Of a DNA stretch of 64,000 nucleotides, positions 37,001 to 52,000 are shown in pieces; within the stretch, counting starts at the first letter, position 1; every line of letters begins with the position of its first letter. Source of the DNA: Nitrosopumilaceae archaeon. GTDB taxonomy: Archaea; Thermoproteota; Nitrososphaeria; Nitrososphaerales; Nitrosopumilaceae. Made by a program: the position numbers and the translations under genes. Below the pieces are notes generated by a model. The model saw only the letters and a program-made list of their open reading frames with translations. It made no database searches and was not told the DNA's origin. The stretch covers positions 576,001 to 640,000 of the forward strand of contig OZ242376.1 in assembly GCA_965209085.1 (NCBI GenBank), read 5' to 3'.

Positions 37001-40000
37001 ATACAACGAGGATAATTCCACATTTAGAGTATTTACAAATACAGACCTGACTGGATCAAATATTGCCATAGATACAACTGCACCTAGTATAACATTAAAC
37101 GGTGCAAACAACACCATTGTTAACATGAATCAACCATATGAGGATCCAAACGCCACAGCATCTGATGCATCATATGCAACAGGTAGCGTACAGGTATCCG
37201 GAGCCGGCAATGTAGATACTACAACAAATGCCATCTATACTCTCACTTATACTGCACCTGATGATCCTGCAGGTAATATTGGACCGGTCATAACACGGAC
37301 TGTTACAGTACATGATGCACCGCCAATAAATGTTAACTCGCTGAGTATTGCAAGCAATTCTGGAAATAATTATGCAAATGAGAGCAAAACTGTAACCGTC
37401 ACTCTTGTAACGGATGGTACAAATCTTAACAGCCTTACTGGAGTCTTGCTTGGCAGATCATTTACAAATACTACAACCGGGGGCTCTGCTACGTTTACCG
37501 GTACAGTCCAGTCCGGCGATGACGGAAATGCCACGTTTTCAATTACTGCTACAAACTCTAGTGGCAGCCAAATTTCAATAACAAATGCTGACATCACAGA
37601 TGGCTCATATGTCACAATAGATACGATAAAACCCGTAATTAACCTGACTGGAGGCAATGATTTTGTACTCCAGGGTGAGACATATCAGGATCCGGGCACA
37701 ACTGTATCAGATGATGGCAATGCATCATATGCCGGTCCAGTATCTGCCTCATCAATTGACACCTCTACACTTGGCGCAAAAACCATTACCTATACTGGCA
37801 CAGCGGATGCGGCAGGTAACGAGCCGAATCAAATAACTAGAATAGTTACAGTATTGGCAAAACCTTTGGGTATAAATTCGCTGACAATTGAATCAAATAA
37901 CAATGTAAACACCTCTTTTGCCAAAGACGGGGATGTGATTACAGTAACGCTTGCTGTAAACGGCACGATTGGTAATGTTACAGGAGTAATTGCAGGCAAT
38001 TCTGCTACATACAATGTCACTGGCAATAATGCATCAGCTACGGTAACAGTTGATGGAGCCTTTACTGATACTGTCAGCGTCACATTTTCGATTACCGCAT
38101 ACAACGAGGATAATTCCACATTTAGAACATTTACAAATACAGACCTGACTGGATCAAATATTGCCATAGATACAACTGCACCTAGTATAACATTAAACGG
38201 TGCAAACAATACTCTAGTTTTCACAAATTCCACATATGTGGATAAAAACGCCACAGCATCTGATGCATCATATGCAACAGGTAGCGTACAGGTATCCGGA
38301 GCCGGCACTGTAAATACTGCAACAGCTGGCAATTATACCCTCACTTATACTGCACCTGTTGATCCTGCAGGTAATATTGGACCTGTCATAACACGGACTG
38401 TTACAGTACAGAATGCACCGCCAATAAATGTTAACTCGCTGAGTATTGCAAGCAATTCTGGAAATAATTATGCAAATGCGGGCAAAACTGTAACCGTCAC
38501 TCTTGTAACGGATGGTACAAATCTTAACAGCCTTACTGGAGTCTTGCTTGGCAGATCATTTACAAATACTACAACCGGGGGCTCTGCTACGTTTACCGGT
38601 ACAGTCCAGTCCGGCGATGATGGAAATGCCACGTTTTCAATTACTGCTACAAACTCTAGTGGCAACAAAATCACATTAACAAATAGTGATATCACAGATA
38701 GCTCATCTATCATAATAGATACGATAAAACCCGTAATTAACCTGACTGGAGGCAATGATTCTGTACTCCAGGGTGAGACATATCCGGATCCGGGCACAAC
38801 TGTATCAGATGATGGCAATGCATCATATGCCGGTCCAGTATCTGCCTCATCAATTGACACCTCTACACTTGGCGCAAAAACCATTACCTATACTGGCACA
38901 GCAGATGCGGCAGGTAACGAGCCGGATCAAATAACTAGAATAGTTACAGTATTTGCAAAACCTCTGGGTATAAATTCGCTAACAATTGAATCAAATAACA
39001 ATGTAAACACCTCTTTTGCCAAAGACGGGGATGTGATTACAGTAACGCTTGTTGCAAACGGCACGATTGGTAATGCTACAGGGGTAATTGCAGGCAATTC
39101 TGCTACATACACTGTCACCGGCAATAATGCATCAGCTACGGTAACAGTTGATGGAACCTTTACTGATACTGCCAGCGTCACATTTTCGATTACCGTATAC
39201 AACGAGGATAATTCCACATTTAGAACATTTACAAATACAAATCTGACCGGATCAAATATTGCCATAGATACAACTGCACCTAGTATAACATTAAACGGTG
39301 CAAACAACACCATTGTTATCATGAATCAACCATATGAGGATCCAAACGCCACAGCATCTGATACATCATATGCAACAGGTAGCGTACAGGTATCCGGAGC
39401 TGGCAATGTAAATACTGCACTAGTTGGCAATTATACCCTCACCTATACTGCACCTGATGATTATGCAGGCAATACAGGACCTGTCATAACACGGACTGTT
39501 ACAGTACAGGATGCACCGCCAATAAATGTTAACTCGCTGAGTATTGCAAGCAATTCTGGAAATAATTATGCAAATGCGGGCAAAACCGTAACTGTCACTC
39601 TTGTAACGGATGGCACAAATCTTAACAGCCTTACTGGAGTCTTGCTTGACAGATCATTTACAAATACTACAACCGGAGGCTCTGCTACGTTTGCCGGTAC
39701 AGTCCAGTCCGGCGATGATGGAAATGCCACGTTTTCAATTACCGTGACAAACTCTAGTGGCAGCCAAATTTCAATAACAAATGCAAACATCACAGACGGC
39801 TCATATGTCACAATAGATACGATAAAACCCGTAATTGCCCTGACTGGAGGCAATGATTCTGTACTCCAGGGTGAGACATATCAGGATCCGGGCACAACTG
39901 TATCAGATATTAACAATGCATCATATGCAGGTCCCGTATCTGCCACATCAATAAACACCACGATACTTGGCCCACAAAACATTACCTATACTGGCACAGC

Positions 40001-43000
40001 AGATGCGGCAGGTAACGAGCCGAATCAAATAACTAGAATAGTTACAGTATTTGCAAAACCTCTGGGTATAAATTCGCTGACAATTGAATCAAACAACAAT
40101 GTAAACACCTCTTTTACCAAAGACGGGGATGTGATTACAGTAACGCTTGTTGCAAACGGCACGATTGGTAATGCTACAGGAGTAATTGCAAGCAATTCTG
40201 TTACATATGCTGTCACCAATAATACTGTATTGGCCACGGTAACAGTTGATGGAACCTTTGCCGATACTGCCAGCGTCACATTTTCGATTACCGCATTCAA
40301 CGAGGATAATTCCACATTTAGAACATTTACAAATGCAAATCTGACTGGATCAAATATTGCCATAGATACAACTGCACCTAGCATAACATTAAACGGTGCA
40401 AACAACACCTTCGTTGTAACAAATTCCTCCTATACGGATCTAGGTGCCACGGCAACTGATATATCATATGCAACAGGTAGCGTACAAGTATCCGGAGTCG
40501 GCACTGTAAATATTGCAACATCTGGCAACTATATTCTCACTTATACTGCACCTGATGATCCTGCAGGAAATCCAGGTAACACCATATCCCGTACTGTGAT
40601 TGTTTCGGATGCGGCGCCGTTGGTGCTTGTAACTAAATTTATCCACTCTCCGAGTGGAACACTAACCCGTGGTACTGATTTTCCAACCAATATACCTCCT
40701 ACTACCATCAATCTGTTTGAAACAAGTGGTAAAACATATGCCTTGTTAGCGGAAGGATCTGGCGGAGCATGGATTATTGCAGACGTTACAAATCCTGCAT
40801 CACCTAGTGTAGTATTTAATAATGCCAGTTTCACACCTACATACAAAACATCCATCTTTACAATAGATAATACCCAATATGCCATAGCTGCAGGCGGTAT
40901 CGGCATTACTAGTATACTCGACATCAGCTCACCTGCATCCCCATCTGTTATTACAACACTTGTAAACGGCACAGACTATCCGCGACTATACAATGCACAA
41001 AGCGTTACAACCGTAACAATAGGTGCCTCAACTTTTGCACTGTTTGCATCTGGCAATCCTACAAACGGCGTCCAAATCATAGACGTTACAAACCCCCACA
41101 GCCCATCACATGTATCCTACCTTACCGATGATACGGATGGTTATTTGGAACTAGGAGGCGCATTTGACATTACCACTGTAATAATCGGTGCATCAGTTTA
41201 TGCCTTGGTGGCATCCAATAATGATGATGGCGTCCAAATCATAGACATTACAGACCCATACAACCCATCAAATACATCAAGTGTAACAGATGGAATGGAT
41301 GGCTATGATAAACTAGATGGTGCATATGGCATCACCACCGTAACTGTAGGATCATCAGTTTATGCCTTGGTGGCATCCTTTAATGATGATAGCATCCAAA
41401 TCATAAACATTACAGACCCATACAACCCATCAAATGCATCAAGCGTAACAGATGGAATAGATGGCTATGATGAACTAGATGGTCCATATAGGATCACCAC
41501 CGTAACTGTAGGATCATCAGTTTATGCTTTGACAGTATCCATTATTGATGATGGCGTCCAAATCATAGACATTACAGACCCATACAACCCCCAACCTGCA
41601 TATTCTCCCACGGATAATACTGGCGGTTATGTAAATCTGGATAACCCAAGAGATGTCATTACTACAACCATAAATGGCACAACATATGCATTTATAGCCT
41701 CAAATAATGACGGTCTCCAAATCATAAAACTGGAATCTGCACCACTGACTATATCTAGTAGCAATACAAATCCAACATATGCCAAAACAGGTGATACACT
41801 CACCGTACAATTTACCGTAAATGACACAATCTCATCTAATTCAAGCCAAATACTGGGATTAACCCCCACCGTATCCATAAGCGGTGCCGATTTTAGTGCA
41901 GCAATAACTGTACCCTCTGTACAAACAGAATCGTATGCAACCTTTGCAATACAGGTTTCAAACACTAATGGTGCAACCCTGTCTGTAACAGAGAGTGGCA
42001 TATCGCAGAGTAGCAATATATTCATCGATACAATCGCACCTGAAATATCCCTCATCGGCAACTCATCTTTTACGGTAATTTTGAATTCAACTGATCCGTT
42101 CATCCCTGGTGCAATCATAACTGATGGGGACCCAAACTATCCGGATACCTTTACTATCACAATCAACGGCACTTTGGACACTGGCGTGATAAACTCTACA
42201 GTAACGTATACGTATACTGCAGCTACTGATGGGGCAGGAAATGCCGGTTCTAGTGTAACACGAACAGTTACAGTGGTTGAGGCTGAACCAATTACAATCA
42301 ACTCGCTGACTATTGCAAGCTCATCAGGCACCAATTATGCAAATGCAGGCAAAACCATAACTGTCACACTTGCCACTGATGGTTCGGATCTTGGCAACTT
42401 TACTGGAACACTGCTTGGTAGATCATTTACAAATACTACAAACGGCGGCTCTGCTGAATTTACTGCCACTGTCGTATCCGGCGATGATGGAGATGCCGCG
42501 TTTTCAATTACCGTGACAAACTCTAGTGGCAACCAAATTTCAATAACAAATGCAAACATCACAGACAGCTCATCTGTCACAATAGATACGATAAAACCCG
42601 TAATTGTTTTGACTGGCGGTGTAGGTTCTGTATTCCAGGGTGAGACATATCAGGATCCGGGCACAACTGTATCAGATGGTAACAATACATCATATGCCGG
42701 TTCTGTATCTGCCTCATCAATTAACACCTCTACACTTGGTGTAAAAATCATTACCTATACTGGCACAGCAGATGCGGCAGGTAACGAGCCGGATCAAATA
42801 ACTAGAATAGTTACAGTATTGGCAAAACCTCTGGGTATAAATTCGCTGACAATTGAATCAAACAACAATGTAAACACCTCTTTTGCCAAAGACGGGGATG
42901 TGATTACAGTAACGCTTGTTGCAAACGGCACGATTGATTATGCAATAGGAACAATTGCCAGCAATTCTGCTACATACACTGTCACCGGCAATAATGCATC

Positions 43001-46000
43001 AGTTATGGTAACAGTTGATGGAACCTTTACCGATACTGCCAGCGTCACATTTTCGATTACCGTATACAACGAGGATAATTCCACATTTAGAGTATTTACA
43101 AATACAGACCTGACTGGATCAAATATTGCCATAGATACAACTGCACCTAGTATAACATTAAACGGTGCAAACAACACCATTGTTAACATGAATCAACCAT
43201 ATGAGGATCCAAACGCCACAGCATCTGATGCATCATATGCAACAGGTAGCGTACAGGTATCCGGAGCCGGCAATGTAGATACTACAACAAATGCCATCTA
43301 TACTCTCACTTATACTGCACCTGATGATCCTGCAGGTAATATTGGACCGGTCATAACACGGACTGTTACAGTACATGATGCACCGCCAATAAATGTTAAC
43401 TCGCTGAGTATTGCAAGCAATTCTGGAAATAATTATGCAAATGAGAGCAAAACTGTAACCGTCACTCTTGTAACGGATGGTACAAATCTTAACAGCCTTA
43501 CTGGAGTCTTGCTTGGCAGATCATTTACAAATACTACAACCGGGGGCTCTGCTACGTTTACCGGTACAGTCCAGTCCGGCGATGACGGAAATGCCACGTT
43601 TTCAATTACTGCTACAAACTCTAGTGGCAGCCAAATTTCAATAACAAATGCTGACATCACAGATGGCTCATATGTCACAATAGATACGATAAAACCCGTA
43701 ATTAACCTGACTGGAGGCAATGATTTTGTACTCCAGGGTGAGACATATCAGGATCCGGGCACAACTGTATCAGATGATGGCAATGCATCATATGCCGGTC
43801 CAGTATCTGCCTCATCAATTGACACCTCTACACTTGGCGCAAAAACCATTACCTATACTGGCACAGCGGATGCGGCAGGTAACGAGCCGAATCAAATAAC
43901 TAGAATAGTTACAGTATTGGCAAAACCTTTGGGTATAAATTCGCTGATAATTGAATCAAACAACAGTGTAAACACCTCTTTTGCCAAAGACGGGGATGTG
44001 ATTACAGTAACGCTTGCTGTAAACGGCACGATTGGTAATGTTACAGGAGTAATTGCAGGCAATTCTGCTACATACAATGTCACTGGCAATAATGCATCAG
44101 CTACGGTAACAGTTGATGGAGCCTTTACTGATACTGTCAGCGTCACATTTTCGATTACCGCATACAACGAGGATAATTCCACATTTAGAACATTTACAAA
44201 TACAGACCTGACTGGATCAAATATTGCCATAGATACAACTGCACCTAGTATAACATTAAACGGTGCAAACAATACTCTAGTTTTCACAAATTCCACATAT
44301 GTGGATAAAAACGCCACAGCATCTGATGCATCATATGCAACAGGTAGCGTACAGGTATCCGGAGCCGGCACTGTAAATACTGCAACAGCTGGCAATTATA
44401 CCCTCACTTATACTGCACCTGTTGATCCTGCAGGTAATATTGGACCTGTCATAACACGGACTGTTACAGTACAGAATGCACCGCCAATAAATGTTAACTC
44501 GCTGAGTATTGCAAGCAATTCTGGAAATAATTATGCAAATGCGGGCAAAACTGTAACCGTCACTCTTGTAACGGATGGTACAAATCTTAACAGCCTTACT
44601 GGAGTCTTGCTTGGCAGATCATTTACAAATACTACAACCGGGGGCTCTGCTACGTTTACCGGTACAGTCCAGTCCGGCGATGATGGAAATGCCACGTTTT
44701 CAATTACTGCTACAAACTCTAGTGGCAACAAAATCACATTAACAAATAGTGATATCACAGATAGCTCATCTATCATAATAGATACGATAAAACCCGTAAT
44801 TAACCTGACTGGAGGCAATGATTCTGTACTCCAGGGTGAGACATATCAGGATCCGGGCACAACTGTATCAGATGATGGCAATGCATCATATGCCGGTCCA
44901 GTATCTGCCTCATCAATTGACACCTCTACACTTGGCACAAAAACCATTACCTATACTGGCACAGCAGATGCGGCAGGTAACGAGCCGAATCAAATAACTA
45001 GAATAGTTACAGTATTTGCAAAACCTCTGGGTATAAATTCGCTGACAATTGAATCAAACAACAATGTAAACACCTCTTTTGCCAAAGACGGGGATGTGAT
45101 TACAGTAACGCTTGTTGCAAACGGCACGATTGGTAATGTTACAGGGGTAATTGTAGGCAATTCTGCTACATACACTGTCACCGGCAATAATGCATCAGCT
45201 ACGGTAACAGTTGATGGAACCTTTGCCGATACTGCCAGCGTCACATTTTCGATTAACGCATCCAACGCGGATAATCTTGCATATAAAATATTTACAGATA
45301 CAAATCTGACTGGATCAAATATTGCCATAGATACAACTGCACCTAGTATAACATTAAACGGTGCAAACAACACCATTGTTTTCACAAATTCCACATATGT
45401 GGATAAAAACGCCACAGCATCTGATACATCATATGCAACAGGTAGCGTACAGGTATCCGGAGTCGGCAATGTAAATATTGCAACATCTGGCAACTATATT
45501 CTCACTTATACTGCACCTGATGATCCTGCAGGAAATCCAGGTAACACCATATCCCGTACTGTGATTGTTTCGGATGTGGCGCCGTTGATGCTTGAAACTA
45601 AATTTATCCACTCTCCGAGTGGAACACTAACAAGAGATACTGATTTTGCATTCAATATAATTACTAGAAGCATCAATCTGTTTGAAACAAGTGATAAAAC
45701 ATATGCTTTGTTAACGCGAGGATCTACCGGAGCATGGATTATTGCAGACGTTACAAATCCTGCATTACCTAGTATAGTATTTAGTAATATCTCTTTCGCA
45801 TCTGCATACAAAACATCCATCATTACAATAGATAATACCACATATGCCATAGCTGCAGGTGGTAAAGATTCTACTCGTATAATCGACATCAGCTCACCTG
45901 CATCCCCCTCTGTTATTGCAACACTTGTAAACGGCACAGACTATCCGCGACTATACAATGCACAAAGCGTTACAACCGTAACAATAGGTGCCTCAACTTT

Positions 46001-49000
46001 TGCACTGTTTGCATCGGACCATCCTTCAAACGGCGTCCAAATCATAAACGTTACAAACCCTCACAACCCCTTACCTGTATCACACATCACCGATAATGTG
46101 GATGGTTATTCGAAACTAGCAGGCGCACATGACATCACCACTGTAACAATCGGTACATCAGTTTATGCCTTGGCGGTAGGCTTTTCGGATTCTAGCGTCC
46201 AAATCATAAACATTACAGACCCATACAACCCATCAAATGCATCAAGCGTAACAGACGGAAATGAAGGCTATGATACACTATATGGTCCAATTAGCATCAC
46301 CACCGTAACTGTAGGATCATCCGTTTATGCCTTGGTGGCATCCCTTTATGATGATGGCGTCCAAATCATAAACATTACAGACCCATACAACCCATCAAAT
46401 GCATCAAGCGTAACAGACGGAAATGAAGGCTATGATACACTAGATGCTCCATATAGCATCACCACCGTAACTGTAGGATCATCCGTTTATGCCTTGGTGG
46501 CATCCCTTTATGATGATGGCGTCCAAATCATAAACATTACAGACCCATACAACCCCAAACCTGCATCTTCCATCGTGGATAATACTGGCGGTTATACAAA
46601 TCTAGAAAACCCAAGAGCTGTTATTACTGCAACCATAAATGGCACAACATATGCATTTATAGCCTCAAATGCTGAGGGTCTCCAAATCATAAAACTGGAA
46701 TCACCACCACCGGTTAACATAACTAGCAACAATACAAATCCAGCATATGCAAAAACAGGCGATACACTCACCGTACAATTTACCATAAATGACACAATCT
46801 CATCTCATACAAGCCAAATACTGGGATTAACCCCTAATGTAGCCCTAGATGGTGCCAATTATAGTGCCACATTAACCGTACCCTCTGTACAAACAGAATC
46901 GTATGCAACCTTTGCCATACAGGTTTCAAACGCTGATGGTGCAACCCTGTCTGTAACAGAGAGTATCATATCGCAGAGCAATAACATATTCATCGATACA
47001 ATCGCACCTGAAATATCCCTCATCGGCAACTCATCTTTTACGGTAATTTTGAATTCAACTGATCCGTTCATCCCTGGTGCAATCATAACTGATGGGGACC
47101 CAAACTATCCGAATACCTTTACTATCACAATCAACGGCACTTTGGATACTAGCGTGATAAACTCTACAGTAACGTACACGTATACTGCTGCAGCAGATGG
47201 GGCAGGGAATGCCGGTTCTAGTGTAACACGAACAGTTACAGTGGTTGAGGCTGAACCAATTACAATCAACTCGCTGACTATTGCAAGCTCGTCAGGCACC
47301 AATTATGCAAATGCAAACAAAACCATAACCGTCACACTTGCCACTGATGGTTCGGATCTTGGCAACTTTACTGGAACACTGCTTGGCAGATCATTTACAA
47401 ATACTACAAACGGCGGCTCTGCTGAATTTACTGCCACTGTCGTATCCGGCGATGATGGAGATGCCACGTTTTCAATTACCGTGACAAACTCTAGTGGCAG
47501 CCAAATTTCAATAACAAATGCAAACATCACAGACGGCTCATATGTCACAATAGATACGATAAAACCCGTAATTGCCCTGACTGGAGGCAATGATTCTGTA
47601 CTCCAGGGTGAGACATATCAGGATCCGGGCACCATAGTATCAGATAGTAACAATGCATCATATGCCGGTCCAGTATCTGCCTCATCAATTGACACCTCTA
47701 CACTTGGCGCAAAAACCATTACCTATACTGGCACAGCAGATGCGGCAGGTAACGAACCGAATCAAATAACTAGAACAGTTACAGTATTGGCAAAACCGCT
47801 GGGTCTGAATTCGCTGACAATTGAATCAAACAACAATGTAAACACCTCTTTTGCCAAAGACGGGGATGTGATTACAGTAACGCTTGTTGCAAACGGCACG
47901 ATTGGTAATGCTACAGGGGTAATTGCAGGCAATTCTGCTACATACACTGTCACCGGCAATAATGCATCAGATACGGTAACAGTTGATGGAACCTTTACTG
48001 ATACTGCCAGCGTCACATTTTCGATTACCGTATACAACGAGGATAATTCCACATTTAGAACATTTACAAATACAAATCTGACCGGATCAAATATTGCCAT
48101 AGATACAACTGCACCTAGTATAACATTAAACGGTGCAAACAACACCATTGTTATCATGAATCAACCATATGAGGATCCAAACGCCACAGCATCTGATACA
48201 TCATATGCAACAGGTAGCGTACAGGTATCCGGAGCTGGCAATGTAAATACTGCACTAGTTGGCAATTATACCCTCACCTATACTGCACCTGATGATTATG
48301 CAGGCAATACAGGACCTGTCATAACACGGACTGTTACAGTACAGGATGCACCGCCAATAAATGTTAACTCGCTGAGTATTGCAAGCAATTCTGGAAATAA
48401 TTATGCAAATGCGGGCAAAACCGTAACTGTCACTCTTGTAACGGATGGCACAAATCTTAACAGCCTTACTGGAGTCTTGCTTGACAGATCATTTACAAAT
48501 ACTACAACCGGAGGCTCTGCTACGTTTGCCGGTACAGTCCAGTCCGGCGATGATGGAAATGCCACGTTTTCAATTACCGTGACAAACTCTAGTGGCAGCC
48601 AAATTTCAATAACAAATGCAAACATCACAGACGGCTCATATGTCACAATAGATACGATAAAACCCGTAATTGCCCTGACTGGAGGCAATGATTCTGTACT
48701 CCAGGGTGAGACATATCAGGATCCGGGCACAACTGTATCAGATATTAACAATGCATCATATGCAGGTCCCGTATCTGCCACATCAATAAACACCACGATA
48801 CTTGGCCCACAAAACATTACCTATACTGGCACAGCAGATGCGGCAGGTAACGAGCCGAATCAAATAACTAGAATAGTTACAGTATTTGCAAAACCTCTGG
48901 GTATAAATTCGCTGACAATTGAATCAAACAACAATGTAAACACCTCTTTTACCAAAGACGGGGATGTGATTACAGTAACGCTTGTTGCAAACGGCACGAT

Positions 49001-52000
49001 TGGTAATGCTACAGGAGTAATTGCAGGAGTAATTGCAAGCAATTCTGTTACATATGCTGTCACCAATAATACTGTATTGGCCACGGTAACAGTTGATGGA
49101 ACCTTTGCCGATACTGCCAGCGTCACATTTTCGATTACCGCATTCAACGAGGATAATTCCACATTTAGAACATTTACAAATGCAAATCTGACTGGATCAA
49201 ATATTGCCATAGATACAACTGCACCTAGCATAACATTAAACGGTGCAAACAACACCTTCGTTGTAACAAATTCCTCCTATACGGATCTAGGTGCCACGGC
49301 AACTGATATATCATATGCAACAGGTAGCGTACAAGTATCCGGAGTCGGCACTGTAAATATTGCAACATCTGGCAACTATATTCTCACTTATACTGCACCT
49401 GATGATCCTGCAGGAAATCCAGGTAACACCATATCCCGTACTGTGATTGTTTCGGATGCGGCGCCGTTGGTGCTTGTAACTAAATTTATCCACTCTCCGA
49501 GTGGAACACTAACCCGTGGTACTGATTTTCCAACCAATATACCTCCTACTACCATCAATCTGTTTGAAACAAGTGGTAAAACATATGCCTTGTTAGCGGA
49601 AGGATCTGGCGGAGCATGGATTATTGCAGACGTTACAAATCCTGCATCACCTAGTGTAGTATTTAATAATGCCAGTTTCACACCTACATACAAAACATCC
49701 ATCTTTACAATAGATAATACCCAATATGCCATAGCTGCAGGCGGTATCGGCATTACTAGTATACTCGACATCAGCTCACCTGCATCCCCATCTGTTATTA
49801 CAACACTTGTAAACGGCACAGACTATCCGCGACTATACAATGCACAAAGCGTTACAACCGTAACAATAGGTGCCTCAACTTTTGCACTGTTTGCATCTGG
49901 CAATCCTACAAACGGCGTCCAAATCATAGACGTTACAAACCCCCACAGCCCATCACATGTATCCTACCTTACCGATGATACGGATGGTTATTTGGAACTA
50001 GGAGGCGCATTTGACATTACCACTGTAATAATCGGTGCATCAGTTTATGCCTTGGTGGCATCCAATAATGATGATGGCGCCCAAATCATAGACATTACAG
50101 ACCCATACAACCCATCAAATACATCAAGTGTAACAGATGGAATGGATGGCTATGATAAACTAGATGGTGCATATGGCATCACCACCGTAACTGTAGGATC
50201 ATCAGTTTATGCCTTGGTGGCATCCTTTAATGATGATAGCATCCAAATCATAAACATTACAGACCCATACAACCCATCAAATGCATCAAGCGTAACAGAT
50301 GGAATAGATGGCTATGATGAACTAGATGGTCCATATAGGATCACCACCGTAACTGTAGGATCATCAGTTTATGCTTTGACAGTATCCATTATTGATGATG
50401 GCGTCCAAATCATAGACATTACAGACCCATACAACCCCCAACCTGCATATTCTCCCACGGATAATACTGGCGGTTATGTAAATCTGGATAACCCAAGAGA
50501 TGTCATTACTACAACCATAAATGGCACAACATATGCATTTATAGCCTCAAATAATGACGGTCTCCAAATCATAAAACTGGAATCTGCACCACTGACTATA
50601 TCTAGTAGCAATACAAATCCAACATATGCCAAAACAGGTGATACACTCACCGTACAATTTACCGTAAATGACACAATCTCATCTAATTCAAGCCAAATAC
50701 TGGGATTAACCCCCACCGTATCCATAAGCGGTGCCGATTTTAGTGCAGCAATAACTGTACCCTCTGTACAAACAGAATCGTATGCAACCTTTGCAATACA
50801 GGTTTCAAACACTAATGGTGCAACCCTGTCTGTAACAGAGAGTGGCATATCGCAGAGTAGCAATATATTCATCGATACAATCGCACCTGAAATATCCCTC
50901 ATCGGCAACTCATCTTTTACGGTAATTTTGAATTCAACTGATCCGTTCATCCCTGGTGCGATCATAACTGATGGGGACCCAAACTATCCGGATACCTTTA
51001 CTATCACAATCAACGGCACTTTGGACACTGGCGTGATAAACTCTACAGTAACGTATACGTATACTGCAGCTACTGATGGGGCAGGAAATGCCGGTTCTAG
51101 TGTAACACGAACAGTTACAGTGGTTGAGGCTGAACCAATTACAATCAACTCGCTGACTATTGCAAGCTCATCAGGCACCAATTATGCAAATGCAGGCAAA
51201 ACCATAACTGTCACACTTGCCACTGATGGTTCGGATCTTGGCAACTTTACTGGAACACTGCTTGGTAGATCATTTACAAATACTACAAACGGCGGCTCTG
51301 CTGAATTTACTGCCACTGTCGTATCCGGCGATGATGGAGATGCCGCGTTTTCAATTACCGTGACAAACTCTAGTGGCAACCAAATTTCAATAACAAATGC
51401 AAACATCACAGACAGCTCATCTGTCACAATAGATACGATAAAACCCGTAATTGTTTTGACTGGCGGTGTAGGTTCTGTATTCCAGGGTGAGACATATCAG
51501 GATCCGGGCACAACTGTATCAGATGGTAACAATACATCATATGCCGGTTCTGTATCTGCCTCATCAATTAACACCTCTACACTTGGTGTAAAAATCATTA
51601 CCTATACTGGCACAGCAGATGCGGCAGGTAACGAGCCGGATCAAATAACTAGAATAGTTACAGTATTGGCAAAACCTCTGGGTATAAATTCGCTGACAAT
51701 TGAATCAAACAACAATGTAAACACCTCTTTTGCCAAAGACGGGGATGTGATTACAGTAACGCTTGTTGCAAACGGCACGATTGATTATGCAATAGGAACA
51801 ATTGCCAGCAATTCTGCTACATACACTGTCACCGGCAATAATGCATCAGTTATGGTAACAGTTGATGGAACCTTTACCGATACTGCCAGCGTCACATTTT
51901 CGATTACCGTATACAACGAGGATAATTCCACATTTAGAGTATTTACAAATACAGACCTGACTGGATCAAATATTGCCATAGATACAACTGCACCTAGTAT

